In this document: in pieces, positions 56,204 through 64,000 of the stretch
How positions within the stretch are numbered: position 1 is the stretch's first letter
How the letters are laid out: the number at the start of each line of letters is the position of its first letter
Assembly: GCA_963662665.2 (NCBI GenBank)
Contig: CAXXJS010000040.1
Coordinates: forward strand, 32,001 to 96,000
Source of the DNA: Candidatus Latescibacterota bacterium
GTDB lineage: Bacteria; Latescibacterota; UBA2968; GCA-2709665
DNA: 64,000 bases
Direction: 5' to 3'
Notes under the pieces: generated by a model
The model's database searches: none
What the model was told of the DNA's origin: nothing
Seen by the model: only the letters and a program-made list of their open reading frames with translations
Made by a program: the position numbers and the translations under genes

Positions 56204-58531
56204 ATGGCCGTAGACATCACGCTGGCGAACGAAATCCGGGTACCGCGCCGTGGAGAGTGGCTGTGCAGGGGACTGCCGTTCGCGGAGGGATCTTTGACGG
56301 ATTCCGCGAGGCTGACCCTGAAAGACGAGACCGGCCAGGTCCTGCCTCTCGCTTCGGAAGCATTGGCCCGATGGCCGGACGGGTCCCTGAAGTGGGTGCT
56401 GCTTCAGTTTCCGGTACACTTCGACCGCAATGGTCGGAAGCATTATGCGCTGACGTGGGCGGAGGACTCGCGGGAACCCGATACCGGTCCCCGGATTACC
56501 ATTTCGGAGACCGAGGCGGGAATCGAGGTTGACAACGGCGTTCTGCGATTTGTACTTCCCGCTTCCGGAAAGGCGTTTCTGGTGGAGTGCAACAGGAGAG
56601 ACAGGGCGTGTATCCGGACGGTAAGCGCACAGATCGAAGACGAAGCGGGCGTTGCATTCTCGAGCCGGCTCGAGGGAGAACCCCGCATTGAGAGAAACAC
56701 CGGGAAGATGCTGGTTGTGAGCAGGAAGGGCACGCACCGTGACGAGGCCGGTCGGAAGCTGTTTTCACTCGTTTTCCGGGTTACGGTATTCGCCGGTGCG
56801 GAGGACCTGGAGGTGGAGTACCAGTTCATCCACGATGAGCCCTACCGGGAAGTTCCCGAACGGCTGAAACTGGCCCAGGGTATCGGTACGCCGAGCGTGG
56901 ACCTGGAAAGTCCACGCCTGCGACAGCTGCGGGCAGTGCGGCTTGTTGTGGAACACGCTATCGGCGACGCCGACGAATTCGCAACCTGTCCCATTGCCAC
57001 GGTTGGGAACCAGGGCCTGATCACGTCGGCCCGACCGATTCGGGGTCTGTTGACCGACGCCCCGCGTACGGCCATGTATGACGCCATGATCGACGCCGAC
57101 GTGGACGACGGCGAGACACAGATCGGCCGGTCGCACGGGTGGATTTCCGCGGGGGACGGCGAAGGCGGGGTCGCGGCCTCGGTCCGGAAGTTCGTCCAGC
57201 AGTGGCCCAAGGGGTTTTCCGCGGACGCCGGCAGAATCGTTCTGGACCTATGGCCCGAGGCGGCGGGGCCACTGGCGATTTTCCAGGGACAGGCCAAATC
57301 GCATCAGGTCAAGCTGCGGGCGTACACCGGCAAAGCCGCCCCGGCGCGGCTGGCGGACTGGCACTTCGCGTATCAGTTTCCCGTTGTCTTCTCGTCTCCG
57401 GACTGGTTTATCGACTCCGGCGCGGTCGGGCCCGTGTTCCGGTATCAGCCGGAAAAATACAGGGGAATCGAACAGAAGTTCCGCCTGGAATTCGAGCAAT
57501 TCCTGGGATACGACCGGCGGCTGGGGATGATGGACTACGGCGACTACGAGCAGCTGATGAGCGCATCCTGGGGACGCGCGGATTTCATGGCCAATTGTGA
57601 GCACGATTTCGGCCAGACCGTGTACCTCCAGCTTGTACGCACCGGCAATTACCTCTATCTCGACGCCTTCGAATCCGCGATCCGGCACGTGATGGACCTT
57701 GACGTCATCCACTTCGACGATCACTTCGACGAACAGGGCGGATGGACCTCCCATGGCGCCTTTCACGTGGGGGCGGACGGGAAGCCAAACTGCCACCTCT
57801 CTCACATGTGGGCGGAGGGATTTCTGTCGTACTACTATTATTGCGGGTATACTCCGGCGTTGGAATCCGCGCGCGGCGTGGCGGATCTGATCTGCAGGAA
57901 GGTGGCGGCGGGCGGCGGAAGGCGGGGGGCGCGGGACCGTGGATGGCCGTTGATCGCGCTGTGCAGCGTCTATCGGGCTACGGGGGAAAAGCGGTACGCG
58001 AAGGCCGCGAAGACGATTGCGGCTTCTTTTTCCGAGGGACCGGACCCGCTGGAACCCAACGGCGGCTGCAGCGGCGGCTGGGGCCCCATCCCCTACCAGC
58101 AGGCGGTGATGGGCAGCATTGCCGCAACCGGGCTGGCATACCACTACCAGACCTTCGGCAGTTCCCCCAGCAGGGATTCGTTCCTGAGGTTGTGCGACTT
58201 TCTGGCAAGCGAGGACGTTCGCACGCCGGAAGGGCTCTACCTGTCCATGCCGGGAAACGAGACGCCGATGAGCTACATCGGTTTTTCCGCCCTCCGGGAA
58301 AGTATCGGTTACGCGTGGGAAATCACCGGTGACGAGAAGTACGTGCACGCCGGTCTGCGGGACATCGAAATGAACATGATTTCCACCTTCCCGTCCGTAG
58401 GGCATTTCGACAAGACGAGATTCGGGTACGAGGTCGTCCGCGCGACAGGCGACTCCATCAGCGTCATCTGGCGCGACCTGCTTCGATTTTTCGACTACGC
58501 GGACCGGGCGGGGCTACTGCGCGACTTCTGA
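56204..58531 (+). CDS. PcRGLX/YetA-like (exo-rhamnogalacturonan lyase-like) protein
   Basis: GLPFAEGSL, LARWPDGSLKW, QQWPKG, GQAKSH, GMMDYGD, RHVMDLD and SHMWAEG motifs with an (alpha/alpha) toroid C-terminus. Confidence 0.75.
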   Translation: MAVDITLANEIRVPRRGEWLCRGLPFAEGSLTDSARLTLKDETGQVLPLASEALARWPDGSLKWVLLQFPVHFDRNGRKHYALTWAEDSREPDTGPRITISETEAGIEVDNGVLRFVLPASGKAFLVECNRRDRACIRTVSAQIEDEAGVAFSSRLEGEPRIERNTGKMLVVSRKGTHRDEAGRKLFSLVFRVTVFAGAEDLEVEYQFIHDEPYREVPERLKLAQGIGTPSVDLESPRLRQLRAVRLVVEHAIGDADEFATCPIATVGNQGLITSARPIRGLLTDAPRTAMYDAMIDADVDDGETQIGRSHGWISAGDGEGGVAASVRKFVQQWPKGFSADAGRIVLDLWPEAAGPLAIFQGQAKSHQVKLRAYTGKAAPARLADWHFAYQFPVVFSSPDWFIDSGAVGPVFRYQPEKYRGIEQKFRLEFEQFLGYDRRLGMMDYGDYEQLMSASWGRADFMANCEHDFGQTVYLQLVRTGNYLYLDAFESAIRHVMDLDVIHFDDHFDEQGGWTSHGAFHVGADGKPNCHLSHMWAEGFLSYYYYCGYTPALESARGVADLICRKVAAGGGRRGARDRGWPLIALCSVYRATGEKRYAKAAKTIAASFSEGPDPLEPNGGCSGGWGPIPYQQAVMGSIAATGLAYHYQTFGSSPSRDSFLRLCDFLASEDVRTPEGLYLSMPGNETPMSYIGFSALRESIGYAWEITGDEKYVHAGLRDIEMNMISTFPSVGHFDKTRFGYEVVRATGDSISVIWRDLLRFFDYADRAGLLRDF

Positions 58532-58548
58532 CCAACTCCGTTCCCCCT

Positions 58549-59520
58549 TTACGCGTCATGGTGCCAGCAACTGACGGAATGGTCGTCTGATATCCGGGTG
58601 ATTCCGGGGTCCTCTTCGCGGCACACGTCCGTCGCGCGGGGGCAGCGCGGGTGGAAGCGACAACCGGACGGCGGCCGGGTCATGTCAGGCGGTTGCCCGG
58701 GGATGGTATCCAGACGCCCCCGGACCATCTTCGCGTTTTCCAGCAGCCCGATGGAGTACGGGTGCCGAGGCGCATCCAGCAAGACGCGCGTTGGCGCAAT
58801 TTCCGCCACCCTTCCCGCGTACATGACGACGATCCGGTCGCTGAACTCCACGGCCAGACCGAAATCGTGCGTAATCAGCACGGTGGACATTCCGTAGGCC
58901 GACTTCATCCTGTTCATCAGATCCATGATCTGCGCCTGCGTCGTGACGTCCAGCGCCGTGGTGGGTTCGTCGGCGATCATCAGCTTCGGCTCGCAACTCA
59001 GCGCCATCGCGATCATTACCCGCTGCTTCATCCCTCCGGAGAGTTCGAACGGGTAGTTCCGGTAACGCGACGCCGGCGCCGGAATGCCCACCTCTTCCAG
59101 GAGCGAGACCGCGCGTTCGTACGATCGCTTCCGATCGGCGCGCCCGTGCCACTGAATCGGTTCGGCAATCTGCGGTCCGCTGCGCATCGTGGGATTGAGG
59201 GACGTCTGGGGGTTCTGGAAAATGAACCCAATGTCGTTTCCGCGCACTTCCTGAAGCGCTTTCTCGCCCAGTTCAAGCAGGTTTCGCCCCTCGAAGAGCA
59301 CCCTCCCGGCTTCGATCCTGCCCCGCCCTCCAACGAGTTTTACAACCGACAGCATGCTCACGCTCTTGCCGCTGCCGCTCTCCCCCACAATACCCACGCT
59401 CTCCCGCCTGCGCACCGCGTAGGATATCCCGTCTACCGCCCGCACCACGCCGTCGCGGCGGTAGAAATAGGTCGTGAGATTCCGGATATCGAGGAGAATG
59501 GACAAGGGTACACCTCGCAC
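58549..59520 (-). CDS. oppD: Oligo/dipeptide ABC transporter ATP-binding protein (OppD/DppD type)
   Basis: GESGSGKSV, LSGGMKQRVMIAMAL, DEPTTALDVT and CRFHPRC motifs. Exact start uncertain. Confidence 0.9.
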   Translation of the reverse strand: MRGVPLSILLDIRNLTTYFYRRDGVVRAVDGISYAVRRRESVGIVGESGSGKSVSMLSVVKLVGGRGRIEAGRVLFEGRNLLELGEKALQEVRGNDIGFIFQNPQTSLNPTMRSGPQIAEPIQWHGRADRKRSYERAVSLLEEVGIPAPASRYRNYPFELSGGMKQRVMIAMALSCEPKLMIADEPTTALDVTTQAQIMDLMNRMKSAYGMSTVLITHDFGLAVEFSDRIVVMYAGRVAEIAPTRVLLDAPRHPYSIGLLENAKMVRGRLDTIPGQPPDMTRPPSGCRFHPRCPRATDVCREEDPGITRISDDHSVSCWHHDA

Positions 59521-59532
59521 GGCCCGTCGGAC

Positions 59533-60432
59533 TTACTCCTTTGGATTGAACGCGTCGTTCAACCCGTCACCCATATAGGTAAAAGAGAGCAGCGCAACCG
59601 CAAACGTGGCGGCCGGCCACGTCAGCTGATAGGGAAATCCACGGAAATTCAGACTTCCCACCTGGATCAGGACCCCCCAGCTCGGCCGGGGAGGCATCAC
59701 GCCCAGCCCGAGAAGACTCAACGCCGACTCGGTCATCATCAGGCCGGGTACCATAAACGCGATCGCGACAATCAGCGGACCCAATGAATTCGGCAGGACG
59801 TAACGCCGGATCACGTATGGATGGGTTGCTCCCAGCGCCCGCGCCGACTCCACGTATTCAAGGTTTTTTATTGATAACACCTGCGCGCGCATCAACCTGG
59901 CGAACCCAACCCAGCTGGTTGCCGCGATGGCGATGAAAATCGTAACGATGCCTCTGCCGAGCACCGACACGAGGATGATGCTGAACAGAAACCCGGGGAA
60001 GGCATACATCACGTCCGTAAACCGCATCAACACGTTGTCCACAACACCGCCCGCGTACCCCGCGACCGCGCCGACCAGGCCACCGATCGCCACCGAAATC
60101 ACCGTGGCCCCGAACGCAACGGCCAGGGCCGTCTGAAGGCTGAAGATCAGGCGGCTGAAGATATCCCGTCCCACCTCGTCCGTCCCGGCGATATGCCGCC
60201 AGGACGGCGGCTGGTACGCGTTGTCCAGGTCGATCTGGTTATACCCGTACGGCGCGATGTAATCCGCCAGGGCTGCCGCCAGAACCATCGCAACCACAAA
60301 CCCCAGGCTCAGCACCGCCAGACGGTTCGACGCGAATCGCTGCCAGACGGCGCCCCAGTACGAAATCCGCGGCGCGGGCGACGACTCACCTGCATCGGAC
60401 ATCTGACTGCCGACCGAATTCAACGCAGCCAC
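59533..60432 (-). CDS. oppC: Oligo/dipeptide ABC permease OppC
   Basis: GTDEVGRDIFSRL, EYVESARALGA and PSWG motifs. Confidence 0.9.
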   Translation of the reverse strand: MAALNSVGSQMSDAGESSPAPRISYWGAVWQRFASNRLAVLSLGFVVAMVLAAALADYIAPYGYNQIDLDNAYQPPSWRHIAGTDEVGRDIFSRLIFSLQTALAVAFGATVISVAIGGLVGAVAGYAGGVVDNVLMRFTDVMYAFPGFLFSIILVSVLGRGIVTIFIAIAATSWVGFARLMRAQVLSIKNLEYVESARALGATHPYVIRRYVLPNSLGPLIVAIAFMVPGLMMTESALSLLGLGVMPPRPSWGVLIQVGSLNFRGFPYQLTWPAATFAVALLSFTYMGDGLNDAFNPKE

Positions 60433-60478
60433 GCGTTATCTCCTCCTGTATAATCATCCCTTGTTCTGCCGGTAATTC

Positions 60479-60641
60479 GTGTCCTGTCCTAAAAATATCT
60501 CACCATTCAAACGCCGATTCATCCCGTCTCGCTACGTTGCCTTCACTCACCGACCTTGCACAGGTCGTCTGCGCTCAGACGCCTTGCGAGCCGGGCGACT
60601 CGTCGTTTTTATTCAGGCAACCTATTTTCGGGACAGAACAC
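60479..60641. mobile_element. MITE-like element, copy 2 (163 bp), overlapping the 3' end of oppB
   Basis: Same TIRs as 43045..43190. The right TIR read on the minus strand gives V-L-S-R-K-TAG. Confidence 0.75.
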
Positions 60642-61596
60642 CCGCCCGTATGCGCGGATCGATCAGCGCGTACCCGATATCCACCAGCAGATTCATCAGC
60701 ATAATCAGAAAGCCGAAAAAGAGCGTGGAAGTAATGATCATCGGGTAATCCCGGGTCCCCGCGGCGGCCACGAACAGCTTGCCCAGGCCGGGAATATTGA
60801 AAATCTCCTCGATAAAGGCGGTGCTGACCATCAGATTGGCGAACTGCGGACCGGTAATGGTCAGCAGGGGGATCAGCGAGTTCCGCAACGCATGGAGAAA
60901 CACCGCCTTGTTCCGGTCGCCCCCTTTTGAGAAGACCGTCCGGACGTAGTCTTCTCCCATTTCCTTGATGAGACTCACCCGGACGTACCGGGCGATACCG
61001 GCAACGGGCTGGAAGACCATCGCCAGCACGGGAAGCACCGCGTACTCCCACGTTCCCCATCCCGACGTGGGAAACAACTGAAGCGTCACGGCGAAGAAGA
61101 CGATCACCAGCAGGGCGATGACGTAAGACGGGATGCAGATGCCCAGCATCGAAACAAACATGGTCGCGCGGTCGATCCACGTATTCCGGTACAGCGCCGC
61201 CCCGATGCCCATGGGAATGCCGATCAGAAGCGCGAGAATCATCGGCGAGAAGGCAAGAACGAACGTCCGTGGAAAGGCCCTCGTCATCATCTCCTGTATG
61301 GTCGTATCCGGGTAGCGGAACGACGGCCCGAAATCCAGGGCGGCCGCATGCCGCAAATAGATCAGAATCTGTTTCCAGACGGGCGTATTTTCCCCGTAGC
61401 GCTCCTCCCATAGCATGAGGGTCTGGCTCTTTTCCTCGAACTGACTCAGCCGGCTGCCCGTTACCTGCTGGTTCATCAGCCGTTCGATATTGAAGAAATC
61501 GCCGGGCGCGGCGTGCATCAGGTAGAACGTGATAACCAGAATGGCGATGAGGCTCAGGACAATCTGGCCGACACGACGAAAGAAGAACATCATCAT
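60622..61596 (-). CDS. oppB: Oligo/dipeptide ABC permease OppB
   Basis: DFGPSF, DYVRT..SKG, HALRNSLIP, RDYP and YALIDPRI motifs. Confidence 0.9.
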   Translation of the reverse strand: MMMFFFRRVGQIVLSLIAILVITFYLMHAAPGDFFNIERLMNQQVTGSRLSQFEEKSQTLMLWEERYGENTPVWKQILIYLRHAAALDFGPSFRYPDTTIQEMMTRAFPRTFVLAFSPMILALLIGIPMGIGAALYRNTWIDRATMFVSMLGICIPSYVIALLVIVFFAVTLQLFPTSGWGTWEYAVLPVLAMVFQPVAGIARYVRVSLIKEMGEDYVRTVFSKGGDRNKAVFLHALRNSLIPLLTITGPQFANLMVSTAFIEEIFNIPGLGKLFVAAAGTRDYPMIITSTLFFGFLIMLMNLLVDIGYALIDPRIRAGVLSRK

Positions 61597-63587
61597 AACG
61601 ACTCTCCATCCCGGGGCGGGTCCGACAACAACCGCTGCCGGGTGTCGTCAATGTCGATCCACTTCAGGTACATGGGATTCGCCCACCAGTAGGCGCAGAA
61701 TTTCAACCCCTTCACGTAGGGCTTGACCAGGGCCGTGGCGTTGGCGACGTGAAGCGGAAAATCCCAGCTGAATGCCTGCACCAGGCGGTGCACTTCGCGG
61801 TTGATCTCAGCCTGCCGGGCCGGGTCCGTAGCGTAGTGCGCTTCCTGGCGCATCTCCTCCAGGCGCCAGCGAAGGTCGCTGGTGTGCGACCACTGAAAAT
61901 GGTATTGTCCGACCTGGAGGAGCGTGACATTGAGCGCTTTCCAGCACCAATCCAGGTTCGCGTCCGGTTCGTGCGCCGCCCGCAGGATCTCGTCCGCCGA
62001 TTGCTGCCAGCCGCTCGTCGCCTCCTCCGCCTGCCGCCGCAGGTGGGGACCGTGTCTTCCGTTTGCGAAAAGCGCCATTACCGAGTCCGCGTACGCCCCG
62101 ACCCGGCGGCGTAAGGGTTGAAAGTCGTCGACATTTTCAACCTCTTCGAACTGAGTCATACCCGACCTGATCTGCAGGATCCTGCGTTGTCCCTCCCACC
62201 AGGCGCCGTAGATGCCAGGGTCGTCCGTCCATTGTACGTTTTCGATCCACTGCGTGCCGTAGATGGGATTGGGCCACGGCGCCCCGGACGCCGCAAAGCA
62301 CATCCCGGCATACCCGGAAGGATTCAGGGAAACCCGCTTGTCGGCATACACCCCCAGTTCCTGATTGTCGATCCTGAACCGGATGCCCAGGTTCTCTTCC
62401 AGCATGGCGGCGATTACCACGAACTGCGACACCATCTCGGGCGCCAGGTACGACGGGACCAGAATCACCGATTCGGGGAAGCCCTCTCCGCCCGGATATC
62501 CCGCCTCGGTCAGCAGGCGCCGGGCTTCGTCCAGGTCGAATCTCAGCCCCAGTTCCGGGTCCCAATCCGGCATCGCGGGGGTGGAGAGCATATGCATCGG
62601 CGTCTCACGCCCGAGGAAGATCGTCTCCACAATCCGGCGCTTGTCGAAGCCGAGCGCAATCGCCCGCCGGACGCGGGCATCCCAGTAGACCGGATGCTTC
62701 GAGAACAGGAATCTTACGTAGGAGAGTCCGCTCGTCGGCGTCCATACCAGTTCGCCGCTCAGTACGGGATGGTTTTTCGCGTAGTAGATATCGGCGATCG
62801 TCGGCAGCAGTGCGAAGTCGATCTCTCCGCTCTGGTAACCCTCCAGGGGTCTGCCCGCGAACCGGCTGTTTATCCGCTCCAGATTGCCCCGGTGAAGGTT
62901 GTACCGTGGATTCGGCTCCAGGATGATATGGGAATTGAGTTCCCACTCCACGATCCTGTACGGCCCGTTTCCCTGGTAGTTGGGCAGCTTGTGCCACGCG
63001 TCTCCGTACTCTTCCAGTGAGCCCCGGTGAATCGGAAACATGCTTCCCGTGACCATCGCGTTCAAAAACGCCGGGTACGGTCTCGCCAGACGGAAGCGCA
63101 GCGTGAAGTCGTCCGGCACGTCCACGCCGACCTCCTCCTCGCGTGCGGCCCCGTTCCTGAAATCCATCGCCTTGACCACGTACTGCAACGGCGTATCCCA
63201 GAGCCATTTGCTCTCGCGCCCGGGTTCCATCTGATAGATGAACGCGGCCCTGTAGTCCCTCGCGGTGACGGACGTACCGTCGTACCAGCGGTTGTCCCGG
63301 CGCAGAACGAACGTATAGGTGAGTCCGTCTTCCGAGACCTCCCAGCGCTTTGCCTGTGCCGGAATCAACGCTCCTTCCGGATCCAGTTGAACCAGACCTT
63401 CTTTCGTGCCCAGCGTGATCTGTGCGTACATCCCCCCCGTGTACAGATAGCTGTTCAACGTGCTCACGGGCGGCCCGATGTACCGGATCTCGCGCAGCCG
63501 TCCGGCCTGCGCCGACGTAACGAAAAGCACAGCGACAAGGATTCCGCACGCGAAGCCCCCCGGCCACCCCGTGCTCCCGCGTGTCAT
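61593..63587 (-). CDS. oppA: Peptide ABC transporter substrate-binding protein (SBP family 5) with large C-terminal insertion
   Basis: EGLVQLD, WEVSEDGLTYTF.LR, GNGPYRIVEW and DARVRRAIAL motifs. ATGA coupling at both ends. Confidence 0.85.
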   Translation of the reverse strand: MTRGSTGWPGGFACGILVAVLFVTSAQAGRLREIRYIGPPVSTLNSYLYTGGMYAQITLGTKEGLVQLDPEGALIPAQAKRWEVSEDGLTYTFVLRRDNRWYDGTSVTARDYRAAFIYQMEPGRESKWLWDTPLQYVVKAMDFRNGAAREEEVGVDVPDDFTLRFRLARPYPAFLNAMVTGSMFPIHRGSLEEYGDAWHKLPNYQGNGPYRIVEWELNSHIILEPNPRYNLHRGNLERINSRFAGRPLEGYQSGEIDFALLPTIADIYYAKNHPVLSGELVWTPTSGLSYVRFLFSKHPVYWDARVRRAIALGFDKRRIVETIFLGRETPMHMLSTPAMPDWDPELGLRFDLDEARRLLTEAGYPGGEGFPESVILVPSYLAPEMVSQFVVIAAMLEENLGIRFRIDNQELGVYADKRVSLNPSGYAGMCFAASGAPWPNPIYGTQWIENVQWTDDPGIYGAWWEGQRRILQIRSGMTQFEEVENVDDFQPLRRRVGAYADSVMALFANGRHGPHLRRQAEEATSGWQQSADEILRAAHEPDANLDWCWKALNVTLLQVGQYHFQWSHTSDLRWRLEEMRQEAHYATDPARQAEINREVHRLVQAFSWDFPLHVANATALVKPYVKGLKFCAYWWANPMYLKWIDIDDTRQRLLSDPPRDGESL

Positions 63588-64000
63588 GGACCGGACTCCC
63601 CTTCTCTTACAACGATCTCCCGATTGGCGCCTATGCTCCCCACTCTGTCCACCGTACCTCCGGGCCATCGAACCCTTACCGAATCGACGGTTGTGTACTG
63701 ACCTAGCCCGAAATGGAGTCGGAAATCGTTCTGGGACAAATAACTGGACCCACTCCGGACCTCGCGGACCTGCCGTCGGCCACCGGCCCATACCGTCACG
63801 CGCGCGCCGATTCCGTTCCGGTTGGACGAACGCGCGGCGCCGTTTGAAAGTCCCGGATGCTCCCCGGCGGATCCGATCAGTTTCACCCGCAGCCATCGGT
63901 TCCGGTTGCCAACCTCGTTTCTGAGGAGCCGCGCCGCGCCGTTCACCGTAAGAATGAATACGTCCACGTCGCCGTCGTTGTCGTAGTCCCCGAAGGCGGT
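63584..64000 (-). CDS. CRTAC1-like FG-GAP + ASPIC/UnbV domain protein (C-terminal part, runs off the window)
   Basis: AFGDYDNDGDVD, NRNGIGARV, SGSSYLSQND.RLHFGLG and VRWPGG motifs. Confidence 0.9.
   Translation of the reverse strand, partial: TAFGDYDNDGDVDVFILTVNGAARLLRNEVGNRNRWLRVKLIGSAGEHPGLSNGAARSSNRNGIGARVTVWAGGRRQVREVRSGSSYLSQNDFRLHFGLGQYTTVDSVRVRWPGGTVDRVGSIGANREIVVREGESGP

Noticed and set aside
60479-60748. Small ORF MSCPKNISPF... that resembles the translated end of 42145..43233
   Set aside because: The similarity is only the translation of the shared MITE sequence, not a protein family.

Overview
GC-rich bacterial chromosomal window, most consistent with an FCB-group diderm such as Latescibacterota or a relative. 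This is an inference from the short RpoD, PorV and T9SS-type CTD proteins, GWxTD, DUF6785-like transporters, the dockerin/EF-hand tail and ASPIC/UnbV. 1-13.5 kb is housekeeping and envelope: an orphan BMC shell gene, degP, rpoD, DUF2723, rhomboid, M23 peptidase, SurA/PpiD and a CMK-like protein. 13.8-18.8 kb is a heparinase II/III-GguC-amidohydrolase operon. 19.1-51.5 kb is one ~32 kb minus-strand block. It opens with an outer-membrane uptake locus (OMP, temptin-like di-CxxCH protein, TonB-dependent transporter, CTD-bearing secreted protein, PorV-like barrel, GWxTD/TPR, TonB). It continues with a duplicated Gfo-oxidoreductase/DUF6785-transporter module, a homocysteine-methyltransferase pair (one lacking its Zn-Cys ligands), a DegT aminotransferase, a nucleotidyltransferase-like protein and deacetylase-fold proteins. 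51.9-64 kb holds a TPR protein and an opp/dpp ABC operon split by an inverted PcRGLX-like lyase gene. Several families of small repeats sit between genes, and one MITE-like copy supplies the oppB stop codon. No rRNA, tRNA, CRISPR array or transposase was seen. All family calls come from motif recognition, not database searches.
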